Positions 23,648-33,786 of a stretch of DNA of 64,000 nucleotides are shown in pieces. The stretch comes from Porphyridium purpureum. Taxonomy: Eukaryota. The DNA lies in assembly GCA_008690995.1 (NCBI GenBank), contig VRMN01000003.1, positions 248,001 to 312,000 of the forward strand. The letters are read 5' to 3'. A model generated the notes under the pieces. The model made no database searches, was not told where the DNA came from, and worked only from the letters and a program-made list of their open reading frames with translations. Position numbers and translations under genes: made by a program. Within the stretch, counting starts at the first letter, position 1, and each line of letters starts with the position of its first letter.

Positions 23648-23747
23648 AATTAGAAGTCTCCTGAAAGGTCGCTACAGGTTTAATATGGGCACGATCTGGC
23701 AATGGCAAATGATTTAATAAACTAGCATCTCTGAAATTGACGCAGAG

Positions 23748-24323
23748 TCAGCGGAACAGGCGCAATCGCTTGACAACAGGGAAAATCATCGACTTGGGCA
23801 TTGGTCGTGTCGCTATCGCGGTCGGCATTGACTCAGGCATTTCTGTCCAGAGAGCGAAAGCGATGTCTGCCGCTTTCAGTCTCTCCGCGGCCTTCAGCAA
23901 GTCGACTTCGTCCTTGGCCTCCAATGTCACTGTGCGCATCTGCACGTGAGGCACAGGAGACGGTGCAGTACTTTGCACGACCGTATTTGTGGCTGTTGAA
24001 TCGTAAAATGTTACGCCGTGCGTCTGCGCCAGGTATGCTTGCGCCTCGAAGTGCGAAACTGCCGCCACCGCGGCGTGTATGCCCTGAGAAATAACCGAAC
24101 CTGTGGGCCAGTTGTGCGGTTCGGAGAGTAAGTCTCTCCGCACAACCACATATTGAATCAGCGGGTCGTCCTGTGGATCTACGACGGCCGGATTACTCGC
24201 CATCCTGCAAGAAGCTGCGCGCGCCCGCTGCAGGAACGGCTTACAACGGTAAATTTGACGCCTGAGCGCACGTTGTGTGCCTCCAAAGTGTGCACCACTA
24301 AAAGGAATAGCAAAGGCGTTCAT
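23748..24323 (-). CDS. Peptidyl-tRNA hydrolase 2-like (PTRHD1 family) with N-terminal transit-like peptide
   Basis: LIQYVVVRRDL..W.GS.I.Q..HA and W.E.PE..PTAIA.RP motifs. Confidence 0.82.
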   Translation of the reverse strand: MNAFAIPFSGAHFGGTQRALRRQIYRCKPFLQRARAASCRMASNPAVVDPQDDPLIQYVVVRRDLLSEPHNWPTGSVISQGIHAAVAAVSHFEAQAYLAQTHGVTFYDSTATNTVVQSTAPSPVPHVQMRTVTLEAKDEVDLLKAAERLKAADIAFALWTEMPESMPTAIATRPMPKSMIFPVVKRLRLFR

Positions 24324-24488
24324 CTCCGGATCTCTTGACTTACTCGAAAAGTGCCCCAGACACTCCCGGTCAACTTACCTTTCAAAACAGATTTGAATAT
24401 GATCCTTTACTGCAGCTGCTCTATGCTCTCGCTACGTCTATTATAATGCTACAAAGGGGGGAAGAAGCACAGCGCTCCTCACGGGAAG

Positions 24489-24872
24489 TTAGTTTTCGCT
24501 AGAAATGCTCTCGAAAAAGCAAGAGGGCTGGATAACAATATGCCGCGGTCCAAGCGCAGCACCCACTGGAGTTGCATCGATTGCGGCCCGCATGACCACT
24601 TTGGAAGCCGAGCGCTTGGTGTGGAACGAAGTCAGAAAAACCTCCATTTCCTCTGCGGCGCCGACGCCGACATTGTACGAGCGCACCATGCATCTCCTCT
24701 CAGGGGCACGCGACGCCCCCAAATTGCACGTCAGAGAGGAGGACGCTGAACGGCTCACGCCGCGCACACTAGCACGACTGGCCACCACCTTTGCCGCGAC
24801 TTGCTGCCGCCTGAACAGCGGCAGGCAGCCCGGTACGAAGGCTGGGTGGCGCTCCAGCCGCTGCAAGCTCAT
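24489..24872 (-). CDS. Small hypothetical protein, transit-peptide-like throughout
   Basis: ATG 24872; AFVP motif followed by Ser/Arg/Ala-rich sequence; no recognisable domain. Confidence 0.35.
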   Translation of the reverse strand: MSLQRLERHPAFVPGCLPLFRRQQVAAKVVASRASVRGVSRSASSSLTCNLGASRAPERRCMVRSYNVGVGAAEEMEVFLTSFHTKRSASKVVMRAAIDATPVGAALGPRHIVIQPSCFFESISSEN

Positions 24873-25481
24873 CTTCAAACTCGTCTTCTTCTTACTACTA
24901 CTCACACTGGCAGACGGAGAGACAGACACACACGATTCACACAGTGTCACAGGAGCGTCCACACGCACACAGCAAGCACACACACACACACACAGGGACA
25001 GTGCCCGTACAGGCCGCGCAGCACTATGCCAAACGTTCCGACATGTCGACTGTTGTCATCACGAAGCGGTCCGGTCGGCTTTTATACCTGTCCCGGAGAT
25101 AGTTACACGTCCACCTCATCCACATGTGCGTGTGTGTGTCTGGCGGTCCTCCAGCGCCTCTTCCGTCTTTCGTGCGGCCACCATGCCGCACGAACGCTGT
25201 ACTTCCGGCGCCACGCTGCACGCGCGAGCGGCGGAGTGTCAGGTCCTGCCGCAGCCAGAGATACGAATGTCATGCTGCATTCCACGCCCCCCGCGCGCAA
25301 GAAGGAATCAGAAGTACAGTGAGTACAGTTTGGGTAAAGTACAGTTTCGCGAAGCACAGAGGTACAGCTTCCATGTCTTAGGGTAGCGTCGTCGAGCGCG
25401 AGCGTTCAATATTTGGAACGTGAGCTGCGCGCAATGCGGGGAGACCGCGGCCGTGCGCGAGGGCGGGAGTGAGTGTGAGAG

Positions 25482-25488
<7 letters not shown>

Positions 25489-25518
<30 letters not shown>
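25489..25518. repeat. (GA)15 microsatellite just upstream of the DapL start
   Basis: Direct reading. Confidence 0.9.
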
Positions 25519-25519
<1 letters not shown>

Positions 25520-25525
25520 GCAGCG

Positions 25526-26947
25526 ATGGCCGGGATGATGGGATTTGCCGCGCCGGGAGGCGTGGCGGTAGGAAAGCTGAGAGGTGAGTGGGTGTGCGGA
25601 GGGAGCCGTGGCAATGTGGGATCGATCAGCACCGTGAATGCGCGATGCCAGACGGCGGCGCGCCCGATCACCGGCCCGATCTCGCACCGCCGTGCATCCC
25701 GCGGTGCTGGCGTCGTGAACATGGTGACTGGAGTGAAGCGCAATGCGAATATGGGCAAGCTCCAGGCGGGCTATCTTTTCCCAGAGATCGCAAAGCGCAG
25801 GAACGCCTTCCAGGCCGCGAATCCAGACGCAAAAATCATCTCGTTGGGCATTGGTGACACCACGCAGCCCGTGCCGCCCCACATTGCTGCCGGCCTGAAG
25901 CGCGGCGCTGAAATGCTTGCCACAGACAGCGGGTACTCTGGGTACGGGCCAAGCGAGGGTGTCATGCCGCTCCGAGAGAAGATCGCCAGTAAGTTGTACG
26001 AGGGCATCGTCAAGCCAGAAGAAGTGTACGTCTCGGATGGCGCCAAGTGCGATATTGCCCGTCTCCAGTTCATGTTCGGGTACGATGTAACCGTGGCCGT
26101 GCAGGATCCGTCTTATCCGGTGTACGTGGACACGTCGGTCATTCAAGGCCAGACTGGAACATACAATGGATCCAATTCGCAGTTTGACGGCATCGTGTAC
26201 ATGCAATGCCTGCCGGAGAATGACTTTTTCCCAGACCTGTCGAAGCTGCAGCGCACGGACGTCATCTTTTTCTGCGCGCCCAACAACCCAACTGGTGCGG
26301 TCGCAACAAGATCGCAGCTGAAGGAGCTGGTTGACTTCGCACTGAAAAACGGGTCGATCATCATATATGACGCTGCGTATGCGCCTTTTGTCAAGAATAG
26401 TGACGTTCCGCGAAGCATTTTTGAGATTCCGGGTGCGCGTGAGTGCGCGATCGAGTGCAACTCATTCAGCAAGTACGCCGGCTTCACGGGTGTGCGGCTC
26501 GGGTGGACGGTCGTACCAGGCGAGCTGAAATTTGCTGATGGCACGCCTGTTGCGAAAGATTATGGTCGCATCATGAACACTTGCTTCAACGGCGCCTCGA
26601 ATGTTGTTCAAGAAGGTGGTCTGGCGTGCTTGGACGACGAAGGGCTGAAAGAAATTGACGCGCTCATCGAGTATTACATGGGCAACGCTGCGCTTCTCCG
26701 CGAGACATTCCTCGACCTCGGGTACAAGGTGTACGGAGGAACAGATGCTCCATACGTGTGGGTCCACTTCCCCGGCCGCGACTCGTGGGACGTGTTCAAC
26801 GAGATCATGGAGAAGACTGCTGTGGTCACGATTCCCGGTGCGGGCTTTGGGCCCAGCGGAACCGAGTTTTTGCGTCTCTCGGCATTTGCGCCACGTGATG
26901 CGTGCGTAGAAGCCACGGAGAGAATTCGAAAGGCGCTGGCAAAGTAA
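25526..26947 (+). CDS. dapL: LL-diaminopimelate aminotransferase, plastid-targeted
   Basis: LQAGYLFPEI, ISLGIGDTTQP, SDGAKCD, PNNPTG and SFSKYAGFTGVRLGW (PLP lysine); transit-like N-terminus. Confidence 0.95.
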   Translation: MAGMMGFAAPGGVAVGKLRGEWVCGGSRGNVGSISTVNARCQTAARPITGPISHRRASRGAGVVNMVTGVKRNANMGKLQAGYLFPEIAKRRNAFQAANPDAKIISLGIGDTTQPVPPHIAAGLKRGAEMLATDSGYSGYGPSEGVMPLREKIASKLYEGIVKPEEVYVSDGAKCDIARLQFMFGYDVTVAVQDPSYPVYVDTSVIQGQTGTYNGSNSQFDGIVYMQCLPENDFFPDLSKLQRTDVIFFCAPNNPTGAVATRSQLKELVDFALKNGSIIIYDAAYAPFVKNSDVPRSIFEIPGARECAIECNSFSKYAGFTGVRLGWTVVPGELKFADGTPVAKDYGRIMNTCFNGASNVVQEGGLACLDDEGLKEIDALIEYYMGNAALLRETFLDLGYKVYGGTDAPYVWVHFPGRDSWDVFNEIMEKTAVVTIPGAGFGPSGTEFLRLSAFAPRDACVEATERIRKALAK

Positions 26948-27140
26948 ACTGAACGAGTGCAACAATTTGCGTGGAAAGCAGACAGCGAAAGGTCAAAACT
27001 TGTGGCGTCTCATGCCATGTTCCTGGCGGTCTACGAGCGCGACGATCCCCATCGTGCTTGATTCTTGCTTCATGCGGTTGTCAGTGTCTCGTTTTCCAAC
27101 ACTATGTACAAAACTTTCATGACGTCCTTACAATCTCTCC

Positions 27141-28304
27141 CTAGGGGGAGTAGTGGTGCAGAAGACGAGTGTCCTTCCCCAAGGACGAGACTCGCGGAGA
27201 CTCGTCAACATCACTTCCACTTTCGACCGAATTCAGATCAAGATCCACTTCTTCACGATCGGTTGAAGGAAGCAAGCTGCTCTGGATCTGCACTAGTCTC
27301 CGGTACTTGACCACATTGTACCACACAACCCCGGTCACGCAAATAGAGTAGCCAACGATGTTGAGCGCCGTTATTTGGTTGCGGAAAAACAGCCACGAGA
27401 ATAAGACCAGCAGAGCGGTCTTGGCACATCCCGCAACCGATGAGGAAAGCGCGGATGAGACCGCAATCATAAGCAAATTAAATAAATCAAGTAGGAACGC
27501 CATGCCAGCACCAGCCAATACCCAAGCAATCGACGCAAGCATAAACGAGGTGTCCGTCGCTAGGCGGGATGCCGGAAGACGATAGATGAATGTGATCCAT
27601 GAAGGCAGCAGTACTGCAAATGATACTGGCGTCAGATAGTACAACACCTGGATCGAAGATAACCGCTGCGGCTCCTCCTCACTCGAACCTGGGCTCGCTG
27701 TTTCGCCGTGGAGCAGTAGCTGGGCGAGAATCATGCGTACCGAGCCCAACACCATGGCTGACATGACAAACAAGAAGCCCTTCAAGTCAAAGTTAGCCTC
27801 ACCATAGCTCGCTAATGCGAGCCCCGAGCTGATAAGCAAAATAACAACCACTTTCCACAGCTCCAGCGCTTCGACACGCGCCAGAACAGAGACAATCAGC
27901 ACAACCGCAGGTCCACCGGACTTTAACATCTCAACAAAGGATGCCTCCAGACTCAGGAATGATGCATTTGACAGGCCCAGGTCGAGAGCTACCAGGATAG
28001 CCATGGGTACGAGCACACGCCAATACCGATCATGAGATATGGTAGGCCGTGGAACCAGCTTGAGCACAAAAATGACCACCACACACATCGCCCAGATTAC
28101 GATTTGGTGCACACTCGTCACGAACAGCGGGAAAGGAAAGCCAAACCCTTTGCACGACGCGCTACTCTGATGGCGCGGCGCGCTACAATCTGTAAAAAGC
28201 CACTTGTTGTAGATAACCAGGAAGGTACTGCAAGCAAACATGCACGACATCACCAGCACAACCTTGCCGGCTTGCTTGGCCGCGGAGCTCGAGAACACCG
28301 ACAT
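27141..28304 (-). CDS. Nucleotide-sugar / triose-phosphate translocator family transporter (SLC35C2-like)
   Basis: YNKWL, FPFPLFVTS.H, DLGLSN.S, multiple TM helices. Confidence 0.85.
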   Translation of the reverse strand: MSVFSSSAAKQAGKVVLVMSCMFACSTFLVIYNKWLFTDCSAPRHQSSASCKGFGFPFPLFVTSVHQIVIWAMCVVVIFVLKLVPRPTISHDRYWRVLVPMAILVALDLGLSNASFLSLEASFVEMLKSGGPAVVLIVSVLARVEALELWKVVVILLISSGLALASYGEANFDLKGFLFVMSAMVLGSVRMILAQLLLHGETASPGSSEEEPQRLSSIQVLYYLTPVSFAVLLPSWITFIYRLPASRLATDTSFMLASIAWVLAGAGMAFLLDLFNLLMIAVSSALSSSVAGCAKTALLVLFSWLFFRNQITALNIVGYSICVTGVVWYNVVKYRRLVQIQSSLLPSTDREEVDLDLNSVESGSDVDESPRVSSLGKDTRLLHHYSP

Positions 28305-28518
28305 GACGTGACGTGACGCGACGTGACGCGACGCGGTGCGATGAGACCGCACGGCTCGCAAGTACGAGGAAGCGCAGACTCGGCGCCAACGCCTTCCGAA
28401 GCGCCTCCACCTGCTGCTCTCCGCTGCAAGCACGCGTCCGCACGGTCAATCGTGTTGCCACGCGCCTGAGGGTGGGGCCGGCAAGCTGTACCTCTTCAGA
28501 TTTTTACTGTACCTGCAC

Positions 28519-29313
28519 TCATGATGGGGGATGTGGCTGCGCGGCCTGGCTGAAAGAGCGCTGCATGATGCTCCGCATGCCGGAGACCGTATCCACGACA
28601 TGCAGATAGCGCAGCATGGACGGCGGAATGCCTAGCGCATTGGTCTCTGGCTGCGGAATGGGCTGCGACGTACGCCCGGCTGCATGAAGCGGGAACAGCT
28701 CGCTGTGGCGAAGCGCCGACAGCTCCCATCGCTCGATGAGCTCGTTCGAGTCGAACGCGACGCGAAAATGCGCCTCGGTGATCTGCTGAGTCTCGTGATA
28801 GCTGGTTAATATGATCGTGCGAGGACAGTCAATGACAATGTTGCCCTTGGACAACGAGAACTCACACGGGTTTTCCAGAAGTAGACGCTCTTCCTTGACG
28901 CCGCTTTCGTACTTTTCTTTGTACATGTATGGAATGAGAGGCATGAACACGGAGATGTGTTGTGACACATGCCACTTTGTGTCGTACAGGTCCAAGAACA
29001 CAAACGCCTCGGGGCTAAAATACTTTGCAATCAGTTCCTTCCAACTTTGCAAGGAGTTCCCGGCCGATGCGCACTTTCGCTGTTCCTCATTAAAGTTCAT
29101 GAGCAGACGGACATACTGCCCAACACCGTTCATGGACAGAATGGGGCCGCGCGAGAGAAAGGTCTCAAACGTGTCGAGCGCAGCGCCCGCGTCGGCGCAA
29201 GGCGCCACGAACGGAGGCATCTCTTCCGTGTCCTCGGCGCACTTGCCCTGGGAAGATACACGCTGGCTGTTTGCATGGTTTCCGCCGCCGCTCACAGAAA
29301 GAGGGAGTGACAT
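28519..29313 (-). CDS. LIM-domain-binding (LDB/SEUSS-like) transcriptional co-regulator
   Basis: W..I.KYFSP, IP....YESGV, IDCP, F.V.F....IE.WE....H.E and N.LGIP...RYL pattern. Confidence 0.72.
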   Translation of the reverse strand: MSLPLSVSGGGNHANSQRVSSQGKCAEDTEEMPPFVAPCADAGAALDTFETFLSRGPILSMNGVGQYVRLLMNFNEEQRKCASAGNSLQSWKELIAKYFSPEAFVFLDLYDTKWHVSQHISVFMPLIPYMYKEKYESGVKEERLLLENPCEFSLSKGNIVIDCPRTIILTSYHETQQITEAHFRVAFDSNELIERWELSALRHSELFPLHAAGRTSQPIPQPETNALGIPPSMLRYLHVVDTVSGMRSIMQRSFSQAAQPHPPS

Positions 29314-29526
29314 CGCGTGCCGGCTTGTCTGTCGCACTCCGCCCGACAAAGTCTGGTGACTAACCGTTTCTGACCCTCAACGACTTCCGTCACGCACCTG
29401 CCCTCTCTCGCCGCACTGAACCTCCTGTTCAGTTTGGAACGCGCGTTGTTTTTGAGCCGCGACCTTGTTGCGTTCTGCATTGCCTCGGCCTGACCAGTCG
29501 CTCAACGTACAAGGTCTACGCGCATT

Positions 29527-30747
29527 ATGCGACCTTGGCTGGAGCTGTATCACGCGCGGCTACCGCGCGAGCGCGCGTGCTGCAGTTCGCCGCGTCAGCT
29601 TTACGTGCGGTGGCTATGCGGCACCATCGAGCGGCTGCTGGAGAAGGTCGAGCAGCACCCGGAAGAAGAGCCGAACTGGCTTTGCTTCTGCGACAAATGG
29701 CACGTGCACAATGTACTGCGGCGCTTGTACGCTGAGCGCCAGCTCGACATGTGTTTGCATATCGCACAGGAGAGGCATTACTTGCACGACATGGAGCAGC
29801 GGCAGCAGCAGGCGCCGTGCGACCTTGGCGACAGCGGGACAAGCACGCTCAAAGACGAACATGACAGGGTTGCAAGGGGTAACCAGGGAGGAATTGCGCA
29901 GAAAGAGATCTCATTTTCCCATCCAAGGCTGGAGCAGCACAAACTATTCGGTTCCGAGATTTCAACAGAGATTCTTCATCTCATTTTCTCTCGGTTGGCG
30001 CCAGAAGATGTGGCACGCTGCTCGAGGGTGTGCTGGTGGTGGAACCTGGCTGCGCGCGACCCAAGCCACTGGCGACGAGCGTGCCGCGAGGCATGGCCGA
30101 TGGACAGGCTTTTTGAGCTTACGCTTGCCACACAAATTCACGGAAGCTGGAAAAAAATGTACATCGCTCGACCGCGCGTGCGGACAGACGGCGTTTATAT
30201 TTACCGCTATCAATATGTCCGCATTGCAGGCGACCAGGCGATGGCGCTAGTATACTACTATCGTATGTTTCGATTCTATAATGACCGCACTGTCGTATGC
30301 CTGACGAGTGCGCTTCGTCCTGAGATAGCCATCCGTGGTCTCAAGAAGCAGTGGGATGGAGACCGTTCTCGAATGCCGGCAATAGGTACTTTCAAATTGG
30401 ACGAGGCCAATCGAATCGTGCACTTTGAGGTGCCACAAATTCATCCCGATTTCCCGCTCATGAAGAAGGGCACAGCTGGGTACGAGCTCAACCTGGATGA
30501 GACGCATCGCGGCGCGCACAATCGATTATGGCTCGCGAATCACTACGTCTTGTCAGAAGGAGACGAAAATGCCGTGAGCATTGATTTGCCTGTGGTTCCT
30601 TTCAAGTTTATTTCTTTTGCTGACTTTCGCGAGCTCGTATACGAGTACTATCCAGATGAGCGCGCGAGCCTCAGAAAAAGGCAGATGTTGCGAGAAAAGG
30701 AGCAGGAAAAAGAGCGTATACAGCGAGCAGGACGCGCGGGGCACTAG
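29527..30747 (+). CDS. F-box protein, FBXO9/Hrt3-like
   Basis: F-box (EILHLIFSRL..EDVARCSRVC..W); RPRVRTDGVYI; V.YYR.FRFY. Confidence 0.82.
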   Translation: MRPWLELYHARLPRERACCSSPRQLYVRWLCGTIERLLEKVEQHPEEEPNWLCFCDKWHVHNVLRRLYAERQLDMCLHIAQERHYLHDMEQRQQQAPCDLGDSGTSTLKDEHDRVARGNQGGIAQKEISFSHPRLEQHKLFGSEISTEILHLIFSRLAPEDVARCSRVCWWWNLAARDPSHWRRACREAWPMDRLFELTLATQIHGSWKKMYIARPRVRTDGVYIYRYQYVRIAGDQAMALVYYYRMFRFYNDRTVVCLTSALRPEIAIRGLKKQWDGDRSRMPAIGTFKLDEANRIVHFEVPQIHPDFPLMKKGTAGYELNLDETHRGAHNRLWLANHYVLSEGDENAVSIDLPVVPFKFISFADFRELVYEYYPDERASLRKRQMLREKEQEKERIQRAGRAGH

Positions 30748-31006
30748 TGTTGACGTGGTTGTAAATATGGGAGACGCAGTTTACGGAGATGCGTCCCTTC
30801 TTTCCGCGCCCCGGTTTGACATGACGAGAACGACTTTCGCCTAGGCCGCCAGCCGATTCGAATGATTAGAAACCAGCACGTAAAAACTTGTCGGGCGGAT
30901 ACATTTTTCTTCCCGACTGAAGGTGCATGACGAGAACTGCGTGCGCGTTGTAGTTCGTCATCCGCCTGAGCTGCTTGGGTGTCCCAGCCTATTCTTTACG
31001 GTCGGA

Positions 31007-31264
31007 CTACGACGATCTTGATCCTCGTTCGCGATTCTGATTCCGCGGGACCTCTGTTGCCATAGCCTCGATCTCATCCAGCGCCAAAGCCTTGATCATT
31101 TCCATGTGTTCACGTTGCACCGCGCGCATGACCGCCTGGCGCACGTGCGGCGGCTTTCCCTGAAGCTGCGCCCGCAGCACACTCTCGACCATGTCAAAGT
31201 AGTTCGTCGGTGGTACTTGCCCTTCAGAGAGGCTGCCATTTCCGCGCTCCGCTGCGGAAGCCAT
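31007..31264 (-). CDS. Small hypothetical protein
   Basis: ATG-initiated 85-aa ORF with helical composition, in an otherwise empty gap. Confidence 0.35.
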   Translation of the reverse strand: MASAAERGNGSLSEGQVPPTNYFDMVESVLRAQLQGKPPHVRQAVMRAVQREHMEMIKALALDEIEAMATEVPRNQNRERGSRSS

Positions 31265-31937
31265 GCTCTCGTAGCGCACGTTGACACCGACAGCCCAGCC
31301 AAGACGTTGGCGCAGAAGTCGCAGCGGAGGCGTTGCTTGCTTTGCAGGTCCCCGACGTGAGCGCTTTCGAGAACCATCAAACCGCGGGTGGTTCTTAATG
31401 AGGTACAGTTGGTTGAGTCGTCATGACGTTATTTTAATTGGGCTTGCAATCGTGCAGGTCGCACGTCGTCGAGCTCGAGGAGGACGGGAGGGAATGGGCA
31501 GGTCGAGGCAAGTCGCTTGTCGCCCTGTCGAGGGCGAAAACAGCGCAATTAATCACGGCATGCCGTCCACCATAGCCACATGGCGTTGGTCTCCAACTCC
31601 TGCCCAGTGCGGGGTGGCAGGACATTGCTGGCAGCGCCGCAAACCAAGGGTCGGCGTTGTGGGTCGCGAGTGTGGGCCTTGATGTTTGACTGCCCTGTGC
31701 CGCCATTCTGTGGGTCATGTCCGCACGTAAAGCGGCATGCGCTGTTGTTGCAAAAGGAAAGCAAGCGGGTGGAAAAGTCTGAAGAACAGACAAGAGGACT
31801 GGAATTTCGAGGCAAGGGTGGAAGAGGCCTGCGTGTTGAGGCACCAGAGAAATAGGCAAAGAGCTCTGCAGCGGGACACCAGACGTCCGCGGCTGTCACG
31901 AACGACCTTGACAAGGATTCAGAACATATCGGGCAGT

Positions 31938-32864
31938 ATGGTGCAGCAACTTTCTCTTTTGTTGACGGTGACGGCGGCAGTGGCACTGCTCGCACTGCTG
32001 GATGCTGTCGCGGCGTCCGAGGAAATGAAAACCACGCAGATTCTGCCCGCTGGGGCCGCTTCAAAGCATGCCATCCCATCCCTGGATCTGCAGCCGGCAC
32101 TGAGACGCCAAAGAACAAACAATGAGCAGATCGACCCTGTGTTGCCAGATCTCGTTCTAATGCATGAAGACGGTGAGGCATACGGTCAAGCCGATTTTTT
32201 TCTGAACGTGGGACGTTCTTCCAAGCTCGTGTGGTGGACGACGTATACGGCCGACAAAGAGATCGTCTCACACACCCAGATTCGCGCAGAGGAAGTGGAC
32301 AGGGGATTATATAACTGTTCAATTCTGGTGGAGGCCGACAAGATGCCTGGCAAAACTGCCGTGAAGCTTATTCTGTATTCAAAGTCGGGCATGCGTATTC
32401 AGAGGCACGTGATCACCATGCGCATCAAGGTTTACGGCTTGGTTTTGCTCAGCGAGAGCAAAAATACGGTTGCTTCCGGGCTCGAGAACCAGCTCGCTGT
32501 GCGTGCTGATAAGCGCCAGGTCGCTCTCGCGGTTGTCTGGTACTTTGAAAAGAATCTTAATGCACGCCAGCTGGTCAAAAAGTTGCGCGTTTCCGTGGAG
32601 TCTGTTTTGAGCTTGGACTCCAGCGTGTTCGACATGCAGATGTGTGGGCTTGAGGAACAAAATACGGAAGCCAGTGATGAAGATGATGAAGAGGGGGATT
32701 GCGTGGGCGGCTTCAAAATGAGGAAGAACCGGGTGCTCTATTTCCTGATTTGGCCGTTCCGAATTAACGCGGAACAGATCCGGATGGACATTTCCCTACC
32801 TCTGAAAGGCAATGAAATGTTTACCAACGTTCTTTTTGTCGCCATCAAGCCAGATCAAGCATGA
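31938..32864 (+). CDS. Hypothetical secreted protein
   Basis: Hydrophobic signal peptide MVQQLSLLLTVTAAVALLALLDAVAA; beta-rich remainder. Confidence 0.6.
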   Translation: MVQQLSLLLTVTAAVALLALLDAVAASEEMKTTQILPAGAASKHAIPSLDLQPALRRQRTNNEQIDPVLPDLVLMHEDGEAYGQADFFLNVGRSSKLVWWTTYTADKEIVSHTQIRAEEVDRGLYNCSILVEADKMPGKTAVKLILYSKSGMRIQRHVITMRIKVYGLVLLSESKNTVASGLENQLAVRADKRQVALAVVWYFEKNLNARQLVKKLRVSVESVLSLDSSVFDMQMCGLEEQNTEASDEDDEEGDCVGGFKMRKNRVLYFLIWPFRINAEQIRMDISLPLKGNEMFTNVLFVAIKPDQA

Positions 32865-33277
32865 GTATTCAAGAATTGGCGCCCGACATTTCATGCGCAC
32901 GAATCCTTTCGTCGATCAATGCATGTGTCTTCACGAAGTTGAGCCTCGCCTGGAAGGTTCGGTGGCCTACTTGTGTCGCTTCGGCCCCATCCTCTTTCCG
33001 ACCTGCGTTTTGTCCTGAATTACCAAGGAACTGAGATGGATCACCGCAGTGCCGTCTAGCTGGCGAGCCGTGTAAGGCCATGAATGAAAATCTATTGTTC
33101 CTTTATCAGTCAAGGTCCCGCTACCTTCTTGCAAATGGCTCGCCACTGAGCCACAGAGTAAGCCTAGGGCGCAATCTGTACCCTCTCGCGTCTGCCTCAC
33201 GTTGTGAGCACGTTCCTCGCCGAAAGCCCTTCTATGCTGACCCGCAGCCGATTTTCGAACTCACTTGCATACGCCGC

Positions 33278-33499
33278 CTATGAATCCTTCATATTGTCGT
33301 CAACCGAGTACGGCGGCTTGAACTCATACACGCGACGCGAGGCGTAGTTTGCGAACGGGCCGTAGATCGTGGGCATCTTCTTGTCCATATTGTACTTTCG
33401 CCACCCGCGTAGAATATGCTTCGCGTAGTGGAGCCGCGCAAGGAAGCCGTGCTTGCGCTTGTACTTGAGTAAGTTGGGCACAAACGTGCGCTGCGGCAT
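33278..33499 (-). CDS. Ribosomal protein bL34 homolog (probably mitochondrial) with C-terminal extension
   Basis: MPQRTFVPNLLKYKRKHGFLARL matches the KRT.QP...RKR.HGF..R consensus of L34. Confidence 0.7.
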   Translation of the reverse strand: MPQRTFVPNLLKYKRKHGFLARLHYAKHILRGWRKYNMDKKMPTIYGPFANYASRRVYEFKPPYSVDDNMKDS

Positions 33500-33515
33500 C
33501 TTGTTTCGGGTGGGG

Positions 33516-33590
33516 CTGCTGCTGCTTCTGCTGCTTCTGCTGCTTCTGCTGCTTCTTCTGCTGCTTCTGCTGCTGCTTCTGCTGCTTTTG
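33516..33590. repeat. CTG/CTT compound trinucleotide repeat upstream of the bL34 gene
   Basis: (CTGCTTCTG)n-like array. Confidence 0.85.
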
Positions 33591-33786
33591 CTCACGAAGC
33601 GATCCCCGGGTTAAACTGCTGCGCGTGAGGGACAGATGCACAAACACAAACCTTTCGCCTTCCCACCCAGAAATGCGTCCGGATACATGGCGTCAAGTAG
33701 GGTTGTACAGCAAGTACACGCGAGAGGGAAGCGTAGTGTATGAGACACGCCGTCAGAGTTACCTTTATATAATGACAGGTGATAAT

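Noticed and set aside
24370..24385. ACTTACCT resembling the U1 snRNA 5' end
   Set aside because: No U1 stem-loops or Sm site recognised; more simply a chance match or a minus-strand splice donor upstream of the PTH2-like gene.
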